Shown here piece after piece: positions 23,111 to 36,843 of a stretch of 51,323 bases of DNA (its first letter is position 1; each line of letters starts with the position of its first letter). A program made the position numbers and the translations under genes. This DNA is from Priapulus caudatus (taxonomy: Eukaryota): assembly GCF_000485595.1 (NCBI RefSeq), contig NW_014577069.1:770018-821340 (forward strand), in the 5' to 3' direction. The notes beneath the pieces were generated by a model that had not been told where the DNA came from, made no database searches, and saw nothing but the letters and a program-made list of their open reading frames with translations.

Positions 23111-24964
23111 CATATGCAAATACGAGTATACGTATGTAGCCATGTTACTCTGCTGGGTGCGTATAGTACAAAATAGTATCGCGTTCATAATTGCGCTTGT
23201 TGAAGACATCTTATATAGTGAATGTCTATTTCCATACAAATACAGCACGATATACCTACCAACATAAAAGTGTATTCATGTTAGACTTTGTTGATTTTAT
23301 TTAAAAGTAATGCTCATGTTCCATAGCAATAAGTCTACCGCCGTCACTCAACACAAACGATCAATTTTATCATCGTAAACGATGCAATAGGATCGTTATA
23401 ATTTTCCTGATTAGCATAACAGCGCGATCGAACATGCTTTGTTATTGAGAATAATTGAAGTGTTGATTCGCGTACTCTCTATCATGTCACAACGATGTAA
23501 TCGTGTCTGTAGCCCATGTAACACTTCCTTTGCGAACGCAATCGGGCGTAGCGTGACAGTTTCAACAACGTACTTCACCGCTTTGAATTGGCGTCGAGAA
23601 ATGGCGGAGGCAGCGAGTTTCCCATCATGTTATCGGGTCGTATGACTCAAAAGAGCTGTTAAACGGCAGTGACAACGCACGGGGGCGATATGCAAGCAAA
23701 ATATACGCAGCTTCATGTCAAGATTTTGCAAAGAAAAAAGACAACAAAAATTGTGCGATCGCAGGGAAATATTTGATCGCACGCTATCGAATGCCGACGC
23801 TAACGTATAATATGATATGACGAAGTATCGTATGTTAGCATGCGGTCCACCTTAATCACGTTATATTACCCATCCTCATGATCTATCTCCGCTGCTGGTT
23901 ACCAAATTAAAGCCCGTCACAAGTGCACACGCTCTGTAATTTGATGCGACATACATACTCGAATATATGACTGATAAACCGACGTAACCTTGAAGCAAGA
24001 TATAGTACTTTCAGGCTTCGTTGACGAATCACAACAGAACATCGCGATCATTGCTTGATCAAAATTAGCGGCGTACGCATGACTACACTCGCATCTCGTT
24101 CTAGAATCATCCATCCGGAGAATATCTCTCCCTGCAGAACCCGCCGGAAAATGTAGATTTCACGAAAATATCCAGCTGGGCAATCCCTTCCCCCCAAGCG
24201 ACGATAATACCAGACTTAATTACTACAGACTTCCATGCGTATTCTTTGTAACGCGTATCTTCGTAACGCTTAGTCTACGTGGCATTACTTCACGAACTTA
24301 ATCGCCATTTCCAGTCAATCGTCATTATAGCCTTGTATGACATGTTTGCCTACTTGTGCATAATATTATCCTTTGAATTATTATTATATATTTTTATTAA
24401 TATTATCCCGGTTTACGGACTCACCATAACGCTGGACCATCCGTCCGTCCTAATCGTTAAAACAAAGAACCGGCAATAAAACGCAGGAACAGGCTTAGGG
24501 TGATTCACTTTAAAAAACGGGGTTGGAAGCAATGCTTTAGATGCATTCGAGTCGTTGTTGTAATCGCAAACTGCATCTATCGTTACATGGGTCCGCTGCC
24601 ACTGCCACTGCTGGCCATTACTGGCTACTAACAAAATAGATTAATGTAACGACGGTTGCTGTCCCTTGCATGGTCGGCATCGAGACAAATGTTCTTATAT
24701 ATTTAAATTTTATGCACTAAATTGAGCCTGTATATGTCAAACAAAATATTTTATGGGGCTAAATAATGGGGGGTAGTTAATGATTGTTAGATTGTGATAT
24801 ATGAGCTATTACTGTTGTTTATATGAAACATTATACCTATTATGATAATATTACAACCTAACTATCGATTACTAATCAATCTATTGGCGGTTTTTAACTT
24901 CTGTGCGTCGGCCTAGCAGCTGATTGCAAGATAAATCTTTGCCAATCTTTTTTTTTATCACGGA

Positions 24965-24999
24965 AACACAGCACGCACGCACACACAGGCGCAGGCACA

Positions 25000-25034
<35 letters not shown>

Positions 25035-25353
25035 CGGCCGCACTGACGAGCTGTCTGCCTGGTCGTACGACGACCGCCGGTCCCGTTTGTCCGTCGCGTC
25101 CGTCCGTCCCGTCCGGGCGTCCGTCGCCGTCGTCGTCCGCCGTCCGTCGGTCTCGTCCGTCGTCGTCGTCTTCCGTTCGTCGATACCGTCGTCGTCCGTC
25201 CGTCTCCGTCCGTCGTAGTCTGTCCGGCCGCTCGTCTGTCTGTCTGGTCTGCTGTCATCTGTCTGGTCTGGATTATGTTCTATCCATCGACTCTCTCTTT
25301 CACACACACAACTTCACACACACGTACACACACACACACACACACACACACCA

Positions 25354-25404
<51 letters not shown>

Positions 25405-25422
25405 AACACACACACACACACA
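24965..25422. repeat. (CA)n and degenerate (CCGT)n microsatellites just 3' of the GPCR stop
   Basis: Directly visible. Confidence 0.85.
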
Positions 25423-25491
25423 GGTGTGGCGTACTATTCAAATCATACATGTATGGTTATGCAGCTTTGCTGGAGTGCTGAAACGCACGCG

Positions 25492-26724
25492 TCAAACGCA
25501 CTCTCCCTCGATACTACTGGAATTGGTAGCATCCATCTGCAGCGTATAATAGTTACTCCGATTATAATAAGGCTTCGTTGGGTCTTTCTTCGGAGAAGAC
25601 TCGCTACTGTTAGCGTTCTTATTCGGCGAATTGTGCTTATTCACGTACATGACCTTGTTGTTGCAGCTGACTGCCAACGCGGTCTTCTCGTTGTGTCCCA
25701 CACTCGTCGCGTAGGTGACGCACTGGCTCGTCGCCAGTGACGACTGCGACGGCGACGCCGCTCGCGAACACCAGGGGCAGAAGATCTTTACGAACGTCCG
25801 GCGGAAGCGGTCGCTGAGGAAACAGTAGAGGAAAAAGTTACACGTGGCGTTGATCGCCATCAGCAGGTTACTGATGTTGTTGAAGCCGATGACGAGATTC
25901 TCCTTTGGCGACCGCTCAGGGATCTCCTTGCTGACGATGAGCAGAACGGCCGACGGCAGCTGACAGATCAGGAAGACGACGACGACGATGATGAGCATGA
26001 TCGTGATCTTCGTCTCCTGCAAGCTCGCGTCACCGCCGCGCTTCTGCTGCGTCATGACGCAGCGCTGATGACGCGACCGATGCACGGACTGGATGAGGAA
26101 GCCGTTGAAGATGATGAGCGACACGATCGGTATGAAACTGAACATGAACGCCGTGAACCAGTAGTAGACGCTGCGATAGCGCTCGCTGTTCACCAGCTCG
26201 TTCTCGTAGATCCAGTAGATCGTCTCGTTGCCGTCCTTCAGCCAGCCGCTCTTCCACTCGAGAAACGTCGGAAAGACAGCGAGAAAAGCGAGCGTGAACA
26301 CGCACGCGATGGCGACCTTCGCGCGCTGTACGGTGCAGAACGGCCGACCGCGCAGCGGATGACACACGGCGACGTAGCGCTCTACGGTAAAGGTGACGAC
26401 GAGCCAGACGGACGTATTACTGCACAGGTCGGCGAGCGGGAAGCCCCAGGGCATGTAGTTGACGTAGGACTTGCGTTCGGCGACGCCCGGCGCGTGCACG
26501 AGACTCATCGAGAAGTTGAAGATGAGGTAGAGCGTGTCGAAGCAGGCGAGCGCCGCCAGGTAGCAGTTGGTCGACGAGCGCATGCGCTTCTGCGTCAGCA
26601 CAACGAACGACAGCGAGTTGCCGACGACGCCGACCGTCATGACGATCGGTATGGCGATCCGCTGCACGACGAGACGCATCAGGTCGCGGAATGCCGCGTA
26701 CTCGTCGACGCCTGTGGCGTTCAT
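25492..26724 (-). CDS. Class A (rhodopsin-like) neuropeptide GPCR, FMRFamide/proctolin/sex-peptide-receptor-like, 410 aa
   Basis: Uninterrupted GC-rich ORF with seven hydrophobic segments. Motifs: TM1 GVVGN, MRSSTNCYLAALACFD, TM3 FTVERYVAVCHPL, TM5 FIP, TM6 FLICQLP, TM7 INATCNFFLYC, helix 8 SDRFRRTF. It has an N-terminal NAT sequon and a Ser/Thr-rich tail with Cys residues. Subfamily is assigned from recalled motif resemblance only. Confidence 0.95.
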   Translation of the reverse strand: MNATGVDEYAAFRDLMRLVVQRIAIPIVMTVGVVGNSLSFVVLTQKRMRSSTNCYLAALACFDTLYLIFNFSMSLVHAPGVAERKSYVNYMPWGFPLADLCSNTSVWLVVTFTVERYVAVCHPLRGRPFCTVQRAKVAIACVFTLAFLAVFPTFLEWKSGWLKDGNETIYWIYENELVNSERYRSVYYWFTAFMFSFIPIVSLIIFNGFLIQSVHRSRHQRCVMTQQKRGGDASLQETKITIMLIIVVVVFLICQLPSAVLLIVSKEIPERSPKENLVIGFNNISNLLMAINATCNFFLYCFLSDRFRRTFVKIFCPWCSRAASPSQSSLATSQCVTYATSVGHNEKTALAVSCNNKVMYVNKHNSPNKNANSSESSPKKDPTKPYYNRSNYYTLQMDATNSSSIEGECV

Positions 26725-26729
26725 CGTGC

Positions 26730-26757
26730 CTGCAAGACTCGGAGAAAGGGGGAGGGA
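26730..26757 (-). promoter_or_regulatory. Splice acceptor 5 nt upstream of the GPCR ATG
   Basis: The minus strand reads tccctccccctttctccgagtcttgcAG|gcacgATG. Confidence 0.75.
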
Positions 26758-26992
26758 CTATCTGCGCGAGGGAGGAGAGGGAGACTCGCTGCTCGGGGGA
26801 GGGAGGGGTTTCTTCTCTCCGTCGAATGTCCGTGTGTGTTTATCTCAACGTCGCACGCCGAGGGCACCACTCGGAGGTCTAGGCGATTCGATTATCGAGT
26901 GGCATCTTCGGTTTGGTGTTCTTCATCGAAGCCTAGATAAAATGGAGAATTCGGGAATCAACAAACGACAGGCCGAGGTGTTAATTATGACA

Positions 26993-27101
26993 GTGAAATA
27001 ATTCAACCGCGGTTAAATTTTGGCTATTTTTACCAATCAGGGGCCTTGTTACACATAGGGCCAAAAAGGATCATAATTTAACCGCGGTTAAATTATTTCA
27101 C
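26993..27101. repeat. Small inverted repeat (27-bp arms, 1 mismatch) containing AACCGCGGTT palindromes
   Basis: gtgaaataattcaaccgcggttaaatt / aatttaaccgcggttaaattatttcac, with a third ccgcgg immediately after. Confidence 0.75.
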
Positions 27102-28970
27102 CGCGGTAAAAAATAGTGTTTTTTTAGTACGATGGCCAACCATAGACGTTTAGGCATACATACTACATACCGCAATAGAACGCTGCATCGTTGCGCGCTA
27201 GGGTGGGTAGTTCAACGAGCGCGTGTGTGTCTGTAGGATAAATTGTCGCGATACGTCCTACATTTTCGATCCTCTTTCTAAAAATACACCGCCGTGGGAA
27301 TTTGAGTTGAAGTTTTTTTCTCGTCTATCTTTTACTCGTCAAACTTCGCATCGAGTTAATGAAACGATTCAGTTGTTCACTGTCAAACATGGCTGCTCTA
27401 TTGAGTTGAATCGAAACCGTTCAGCGGGCGCTAATGCGTTCTTGACGACATCGCTGCAAACAACTCATTACGCCGTGCGTTGACTTTTCAATGCTAAATC
27501 AGCTGTTCTATCGTGCATAGTCAACAGTAAACTGGCCAGCGCTCGGTTTGAGTAACACCATCGATTATAGGTCAGCGAGGCTCATTGCAGCCGTCAATTT
27601 CGTTGAATCAGGCGCGATGTGTGTGTAGGAAGAATAGGCATCGCGTGTGTGTTCCCCGTATTTACCGTAGAGTCAAAAAATACGAAAAAATAATGCCCTC
27701 ATAAATCTTCATTCTAACGCGTTAGACAAATTATAGTCAGACGTTATTTAACCGATTAACTAGTGACCTATTATCTCTTTTTAATAGTAAAATAGTGACT
27801 AATTTACTAATTTTAATTACTAGTAAACCAGTTTTCGATTGTGACATTACATTAAAGAACTGTTAACCAATTAAGCACTATACATAGCAGCGCCTATCAT
27901 ATTGGTAGCAAACAAGTTATAAATAAAAAAAGTGATTTGCCACGTACTCGACGTGTCATTCCAAGAACTGTGAGCAATGTAAATCGATAATTCGTCCGCA
28001 AGATTTAACGATAGCGGTCGTTCTTCGACGTGCCGCGATATTTCGAACGAGACCAAATCAAAAGACGCATGTAGGTTCCCCGTGCCGCGACGCCGGGCTC
28101 ACACCAATTACACGAATACGCGCAATACATTCCCCCTGGGGTCGAAATAAGATGGCCATGCACATGCCGTCTGCAGTCGGTGTGCTTTCGAGCCATTAAT
28201 CCTCAGACGTTACGGCGGACTGGACCGTGAGGATTAACTTCGCGGCTAATAAGAGGTGATCGCTCTGGAATTGCTAGAGGCGGTATTCTGTCCACTTGCC
28301 CATTACAGGTTCCGTCTCGAGTAAAGATTGACTTTCAGGCCATTACAGATTTCGCGCAGCATCGCTAGCGCCTCAATATTTTCGCTAGTATCAGCGTAGA
28401 AACAGTTGCCAGTAGTTGCCGTCGTACGGAATAGCGAAGATGTGTCGTGTTCAGTGGCCCTGTCGCCATCGTGGTTTCGGTTCGTCAAGTTTCATGTCAA
28501 AACGTGTACGATCTGGTCAACGAATGCTTTCGGAGAAGCTAGAATATTTAAATATAGCGCGAGATACTTCATTCGAGAGCAAGCGTCTAGACGTCCCTGA
28601 ATCAACACACTAACATCGTACTGCTAAGCGACATTATGGGCTCCAGCTAGTATTGAAAAGTTTGTTTGAAGCAGGAGCATGCATAATGCATAGTGGCTTT
28701 TCTCAACTGGCCCGACAGACGAGTAAAGCACACGTAGACACTTCAGCAAATAACTGCGCGATTACTACTTGAGAAAGTAATTAAATCCACACACACAGCG
28801 TGGCGGATCTGTGTGGCTTAGTGTGTACCATTATCATAGATTGCATGTGATCCAACTGATACTGAATTCCGCTTGATATGAAGCTTCTATGGAATCGACA
28901 AACCCTGTTGCTCTTTTTGAACTAACTAAATTTCCGTTGAACATTTTGATATATTACACACACGCGCTCG

Positions 28971-29039
<69 letters not shown>

Positions 29040-29045
<6 letters not shown>

Positions 29046-32000
29046 CATCACCATCCATAACGCATCCATCCATTCCATCCATGACGCATCCATCCATCCG
29101 ATCCATCCATCCTCCCATACCATCCAATCCATCCAATGCATCCATACCATCATCATCCATCATCCATCTATCCATCCTATGCATCCATCCCATCCATCCA
29201 TCGCATCATCCATCCATCCTCATCCATCCATACCATCCTCCATTCTATCCATTCATTCATACCATCCATACCATTCATCCATCAATCTATCCATCTATCC
29301 ATTCATCATCGGTACAATTCCATCCATCTATCCTGCATCCATTTATCTATCCATCTTCCGTCCATACATCCATCCATACTCTTCCATCATCCATCCATGT
29401 CATGTTATTCTACCTCCAATCATCCATCCATCCACCATCCATGATGCAGTCCAATCCTACCCATACCATCCATCCATCCCTCCATCCTCTATCCATCCAT
29501 CATCCATCCACCCCTCCATGCCATTCATTCATACCATCCATTCATCTATCATCCATCCATCCATCTATCGATCCATCCATCATCCACCATCCATCCATCC
29601 ATCCACCATCCATCCATCCATGTCATCCATCCATCCATCCATTTCATGCCATCCATCCATCCATCCATCCATCCATCCATCCATCCTCATACCATCCATC
29701 CATCTCCATACATCCTGCCATGGCCATCCATCCCATCCATTCCATCCATGCCACATCCATCCATCCATCATTCATCCATTCGTGACCAATCCATCCATCC
29801 ATCCTCCATCGAACCTCGATCCATCCATCATCCATCCCATCCATCCATCCATTCCATTCCATCCATCCATCACCCATTCGTCATCAATCCAATCCATCCA
29901 TCCATCATCCATTCCATCCTATCCTCATCCATCCATCCCATGCCATCCATCCATACCATCGCATCATGCCATACCATTCATCCATATTGGCATCTATGTT
30001 ACCGAGTACGGATCGATCATACGCGAGATTAGGAATGATGCACTGCATATAGATGGATGGATGGACGCGATGGATGAATGGATAGATTGATGATGCCAAA
30101 TTGATGGAACGGGAAGGACGAACGAATGGATAGTTAATGGATAGGATGCATCGGCTATGGATGACGGATGGATGGAGCCGAGTATAGCATGGCAAAATGC
30201 ATGAATAGCATGATAGATCAGGTATGGATGCGGCGAAATTAGATAGATGGATGAGATGGATGGATGATGGATGAATGGATGGATGATGTATGGATTGAAC
30301 TACATAAATTGACTGTACGCCGATGGAGATTCGCAACATGAGTGAACAATGTGATGGATTAGATGGATCAATAGATGGATGTATGGATGGATGGATGAGG
30401 ATTGCTTGATAGATCGCGATCGACTGGATGGCATGCAAATGATGGATAGATGGAGTGGAATGCGTTGATGGACTGGAAATGGATGGATGGATGATGGATG
30501 GATGGATGGATGGATGCAAATATGAATGGGATAGACCGAGTGGATAGAATTCGCGATAAATGGCATAATGGATGGACGGGACACGACATGAACGATTGGA
30601 GTACCATTAAAATGTAGCTGAAAATCCACTTACCAAACATGCACCAGTGAATGCCAAATCGGCAATCGGACGAACAAAATGGATAGAAGGATGGATGGCC
30701 ACAATGGTGGCGGCCCTGATGGAGCCATCTACTCGATTATGTGTAACTTCTCTAATCGAAGTCTCGGCTGGCACAAATGGTCCATCTTCAAAAATCTATG
30801 AGAAAAAGTCACGCTAGTATCAAATCACCAGAATAACAAATTGTCTTAAAATGTCTAGTACTTGAGTTAGTAAGCGGACGGCTCGTATCGATATTCTGCG
30901 CTGTACAAAACACTGGTCTCTTTCATTGGGCTATCGCAACACACCGAGAACATTTGGGCCGACGAGGTTAAGTTATGAATAAAAGAAGGCTAGCACGAGA
31001 AGTCACTGACAACCCGACAAAGATCGAATAAGGGGATAGAGGTGGACGGCGCGAGCAATGACACAGAGCTAAAGTATGTCAATAACAAATCACAAAAGAA
31101 CCACACAGTGTCCAAACAGCTAGCTGGGTGCATGAAAGGCAGGCCCGAGAGCGAGAGCCGCGGCAATATTAGGAGCCTTTGAAAGTACTGGGAGAGCACC
31201 GGCGAATGCTAAAATGAGCTTGGGATAAATGGTATGAAGAAGCGTGGGTCAGTGTGTGTGTTGTGTGTGTTGTGCGTGCGTGCGTTCACGTGAGTCGCCG
31301 CGGTGACAAGCTACGCCGGTCTTCATTGATTGTGTTCTACGTATCCTCAAGGTGTGACGTGGCGTCGTCATGGTAGTGATTACGCTGCGTCCATGTGCTC
31401 GGCAGTTGTTGGTAACTCCGAGTGACGTGAGTTTGAGTAGTTGTCGCGTGTCTGTTGATGTTAATAGATGTGTGTGAGATGGGTAGTTGTATGCAGTGGA
31501 AAATTTTTTCGTGGGTAATGATCATGCAACGTACGTTGATATAAGTATGTATTTAGTCGGTATGTATGTATGTATGATATGTATGTATGTATGTACTTAT
31601 GTATGTATGTAATGTATGGAGTCCGAGTCTAATGGCTAAATGGAGTACTGGTCTAGGTTGAGTTTGTGTGAATGAATTGTGAGTGAATTGCAAAGAATGT
31701 GATGTTGTTGTCCTAAGTTCGTGGTGAAATAGTGTTTTTGTTAAGGTGTTGTTGATGTGTGTTGTGTGTTCAGAATAAAAGTGAGAGGGAAGTGCATGGT
31801 TCTTGTTGTCCGATGTGTCCGAAAGTAGTAAGGCTTCCGATATCGCTGGGTAATGCGCATTATCAGTTGAGTTGCTGAGCATGCGAACTCTGTTAGTGAT
31901 AACGTGGTCTCGTAGTGTGCTACTGTGATGTAGTGGCGTGATGTGTGCATGAGTATGCCGCACGTGTATCGCGTGCTCTGTGTGTTGGTTGGAATTGTAT

Positions 32001-35000
32001 AGTTTTACTTGGTTTGTCTCGTGAGTATGGTGTAATTGTGTGGCGTGTGTGCAGTGTTGTGAATGTGTTGGCTGTGTGTAAGTGTGTTGGTCTTAGCGGT
32101 TGTTGGTCTGTGTGTTGTAGTATCCTGTAATGTATGTATGGTGCGCTCGAGAGTTATGGTATAGTATGTATAAATGAGCCACACGTATATATATGGCATA
32201 ATGTATTGTAATTGCTATGTAGTCGTTACTCGCTATTGGATGTCATTGCAATATACTAAATGACCTTTATTGTTCATAAGTATAGTGTCTATGTAAGCTT
32301 GGTGAGCGCCATAAAATGTCGCTTTAAGTATGTACAGGTATTAAATGTATGGTATTGATTATGTTAATTGGATGTATGGTTGATGATGTATGTCAGGTGT
32401 AGAACTGTATGTACTCGTATAGACTCGACTGTATTGTTATGGACTTGTATGCTCATGTATGATAATATGTAAAGATAATCGTTACTGGACGACTTGAAAT
32501 GATATTGATAAATATTCTGATAGTATGTATGCTATGGTATTGCTCATAGAAGTATGGTCAATTTCGAGTTGTTATGAGTCATGTGAATCAATTAATACTG
32601 TGAGTTGACAACGTGTTATTGAATCATGGTAAAGATAACTGTATTGGAAACATGAAAATGTATGCTCATGTAGTAAATGTACCTGTCAGTATAGGTCGGA
32701 CAAGGGCTATGCTATTGTATGTATGTATGTATCGTAACATGATAAGCTAATGCTAGGAACGACTCAATGTATGTATGTATGTATGTATGATGTACTTGTC
32801 GTGATCTATATTGTTAGTATGTATGATAACTCGATAGTCAGAAAGCGGCAACTTAAATGTCAGGCATGTATACTGTTGTTTATGTAAACGAATGCTGAGA
32901 TAACGATGATCGATATATAAATTGTATTTAGAATGATCGTATGTATGTATGTATGTATTGTATATCGAATATTGGTCCATGGCAGCTGGATAATATTGCT
33001 GATGAATATGTATGTGTATGGCCTTGAAGAGTATTGTCACTGATAAAAATTGCTTTATATGCTGTACGATATCGCCGGAACTACATGGTATAATTGTGAA
33101 TCAATATAGTGGTATGTATCAGAAATATGCGTAGTCTATGTGACCTCTAGCATGATATTTATGCCTAAGAGCGATTGCTAACGCTACATGTTAATTAGTG
33201 TATGCTCTATCGTAGTAATGTACCTCCGTTACGCTATGATGTCCGCAGTAACGTTGTACGTGAATGATAAGTTGGACTGCGTATAAGCAGTACTCGGTAA
33301 CTTGTAGTGTACAGACTATGTAGTCGATGATGGCTTATGTATGGGCTCAATTCTCTATTATTTATTTCTACCGGCTATGTATGTAATGTATGTATGTATG
33401 TATCCTAAGGTAGAAATGTTGATGAATATGTATGTAATGTGAGGCTGAGTGCGTTATTGATCGTGGTAATTGGTGAATTGGTATGTAATTTGATGTACTG
33501 TATCGTAAGTGCTGATTCGTCATGGTACTAAGTATGTAATGCGGTGAGTGGGAAAATCCGTTAATGTATGTCAATGTATGTATTGTACAATTTAGTGTAT
33601 CGTATGTAGACGGTGATGTTCATGTTATGTGTGAAATTATTGGTTCCTGTCAGTTCACGATAATATAAAGTTACTGTATGCGTGAGTCGTAACTCGTATG
33701 TATGTATGTATCGTAAAAAAGTAAAAATGAATACCTGTGACCTGAGGAGCTATCGTTAATCTTTGACGTGAGACGCGAAATGATTATGTATTCGTAAGTG
33801 TTTACTAATGTATGTATTGTATGTATGTGATGTACATGTTACAAGGATTTGCATTGAGTAGTATTCGACAGCGTATGTATGCGAGATGTAATGCTGTATG
33901 GTACTAATAAATGTATCAACTTATTGTTATTTATGTATATGTTATATAGATTATGTATGTATGAATCATGGTTGATTTTGAGGCTAGCACTCTTAGTTAT
34001 GTAATTGTATATGAGTCGTATGCGTACTTGAGGTATAAGTGTATATGGTTATTGGTATGTAATATGGTTAATGTATGTACTCGTTATCTGGGTTATATAT
34101 GTAATATGGTCACATCTATTATCGTGAAAAATAAATCGTAGGGTTTACTAAAGTAAATTATAAAATTATTAATTAAATGTATGTATTTAGTATGTCACAG
34201 CTAAATTGTTTAGCTGATATTAAATAGTGATGAGTATATAAGTATGAGTGAGTTGCACTATGTATGTTATGATTGTAATGATATCTAGTGTATGTTAAAT
34301 GATAATCGTGTACGTATGGACTAAATAAATTTGTCTACTGAATCGTGCGAGTTTGATATAGAGTGATAAAGATGTTAATGATTAAGGAGTCAGTTATTGT
34401 TTATTCTCACATGTATGATATTCTTTATCTCTATCGGTAGTTGAAATGTTACTGGGTATAAGCACTATATAGCTATGCGATTAGCCATTTATTGTTCTAT
34501 TGATAGCATATCGTAACATATGTATGTATGTACTGTATGATGATATTATGTATGTACATATTATGGCTATGCTATCAGTTATGGAATTTCAAATCGAAAT
34601 TAGATGCGTAGTCAGATGAGTCACCGATGTATGTCTGCGTTAGGAACGGTACTGATATTTAAATTCGATGGTGTTAGGCTCAAACACTATGTAGATCTAT
34701 TGGTGCTCAGTTTTATCAGTTTGGACTATTGCACGGATATATGAACAGTGCTGAATTTAGTCAATTGTGTAAATATCAGAGTGTTCAATCGATAGTATGT
34801 ATGTATGGGTCGGCATGTTATAAATGTAGTAGGTTATGTTGTCGTAATGTATGTAGCAGATGGTACTGTTATAAACGGCATATTAGCTTTGCGTAACTGC
34901 TGATAATATGCGGTTATTCGATTCACTAGACTTATCATATGAGTAATGCAGTATGTAATGTATGTCACCCATGTTTGATCAGTTAGTAAAAAAAACAAAG

Positions 35001-35186
35001 CTAAATGTATCACATGTTAATACTTGCGTAATGGGCTGTAAAGGTTATTGAGCGAGATGTAAAGAGATAGACGATGAGGAAATAAATGCTTCAACTCACA
35101 AAATTCCCTACTGGCGTATATTGTATAGAGAGAGGATGCGTAAAGTAATGGTATAAGGGACATATTATCGCAGTAGCTATAGAATC
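29040..35186. other. Degenerate (CCAT)n / (ATGG)n / (GTAT)n region, probably low-accuracy long-read fill
   Basis: 30050-31620 is an indel-riddled copy of 35700-36900. Polarity flips at ~30030. 31620-35186 is increasingly degraded (GTAT)n ending at an N gap. Confidence 0.65.
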
Positions 35187-35603
35187 NNNNNNNNNNNNNN
35201 NNNNNNNNNNNTCCATCCATCCATCCATCCATCATCCATCCATCCATTCATCCCATTCGATCTATCCATCCATCCATCTCCATCATCCTATTCCATTCAC
35301 TCATCCATCTATCCATAAATCTATTCACCATTTAACAATATATATAGCTATGTATCTAAATTATTCAAGCTATGCTCAACGCGGTTAGGAGCGAGAAGTC
35401 ACCACCAGAATGTACATGGGCGCCGGAGGGGCGATGGTAGAAACATAGGAAGAAGATGCATGAGGCAGCACGAGACGATGGCTGAGGTAGAGCGGGAGTA
35501 ATGCCAGAGGTGTGTGTATGTGTGTGTGTGTGTTGCTGTGCGTGCGTTGCGGTGCGTGCGTGCGTGCGTAGCGTGGTCGTGCGTGTGCGTGCGTGCGTGC
35601 GTG

Positions 35604-36810
35604 ATGGATGGATGGATGGATGGATGGATGGATGGATAGATGAATGGATGGATGGATGGAAGGATGGATGGATGTATGGACGGATGGATAGATAAATGGA
35701 TGCATGGATAGATGGATGGATGGACCGATGGATGAATGGATAGATTGATGGATGAATGGATGGACGGAAGGACGAACGAATGGATAGATTAATGGATGGA
35801 TGCATGGATGGATGGACGGATGGATGGACGGATAGATGAATGCATGAATAGATGGATAGATGGATGGATGGGGGTAGATAGATGGATAAATGGATGGATG
35901 GATGGATGAATGGATGGATGGATGTATGGATGAATAGATAGATTGATGCATGGATGGATGAATGAGTGAATGGATGGATAGATGGATCAATAGATGGATG
36001 TATGGATGGATGGATGGAGGGATTGCTTGATAGATGGATCGATGGATGGATGGATGGATGGATAGATGGATGGATGGTTGGATGGATGGATGGATGGATG
36101 GATGGATGGATGGATGGATGGATGGATGGATGGATGGATGAATGGATGGATGGATGGATGGATGGATGGATGGATGGATGAATGGATAGAGGGATAAATT
36201 GATGGATGAATGGATGGACGGACAGACGAACGAATGGATAGATTGATGGATGGATGCATGACGGATGAACGGGCGGACGAACAAATGGATAGAAGGATGG
36301 ATGGATGGGCGGCTGGAGCCATCTTATCATTGTGTATCTTTGAATCTCGGCTGCACAATGGCTTACTGCGCGTGGTAATACAGATAAATGCTTGTCTGCT
36401 TGTGAGGGGACGCTGTTCCATTCTGGCTGCCCTTATTGTACGAACAACCGCATTTGGCAGATGAATAAAAGGCTACAATACGACAAGCGATGGGTAATGA
36501 CTTGGGCACATAAAAACTGATTCAAACATCAAAAACCACGCCGTGTCACACTGCTGGGCCGGCGGGCGCGCATTAAGCTTGAATCTGGGACACGGCGGAT
36601 GCTAAATGACTTGGATATGTATGAAAGCGTGCAGTCACGTAGTCGCGTGACAACACGCCTGTTTATTGATTGTGGTCTATTATTAGTAATTCTTATGTAG
36701 TATTACGGCCATGTGTGCATTTGTAACCCAGACGGGATTAGTAATTCCGCTTTGATGTTTAATAAGAAGTATTATCAATGAAAATTTCGGTAATGATCAT
36801 CAACTACTTA

Positions 36811-36843
<33 letters not shown>

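Larger units (their letters stand above)
8098..24712 (+). repeat. Duplicated block, copy B (same unit expanded by ~11 kb of nested insertions)
   Basis: Same unique sequence and order as 2802-7940, interrupted at defined sites by elements with target-site duplications. Confidence 0.9.

Noticed and set aside
26068..26940. 290 aa ORF on + overlapping the GPCR
   Set aside because: Antisense shadow of a GC-rich coding sequence with no recognisable motif.
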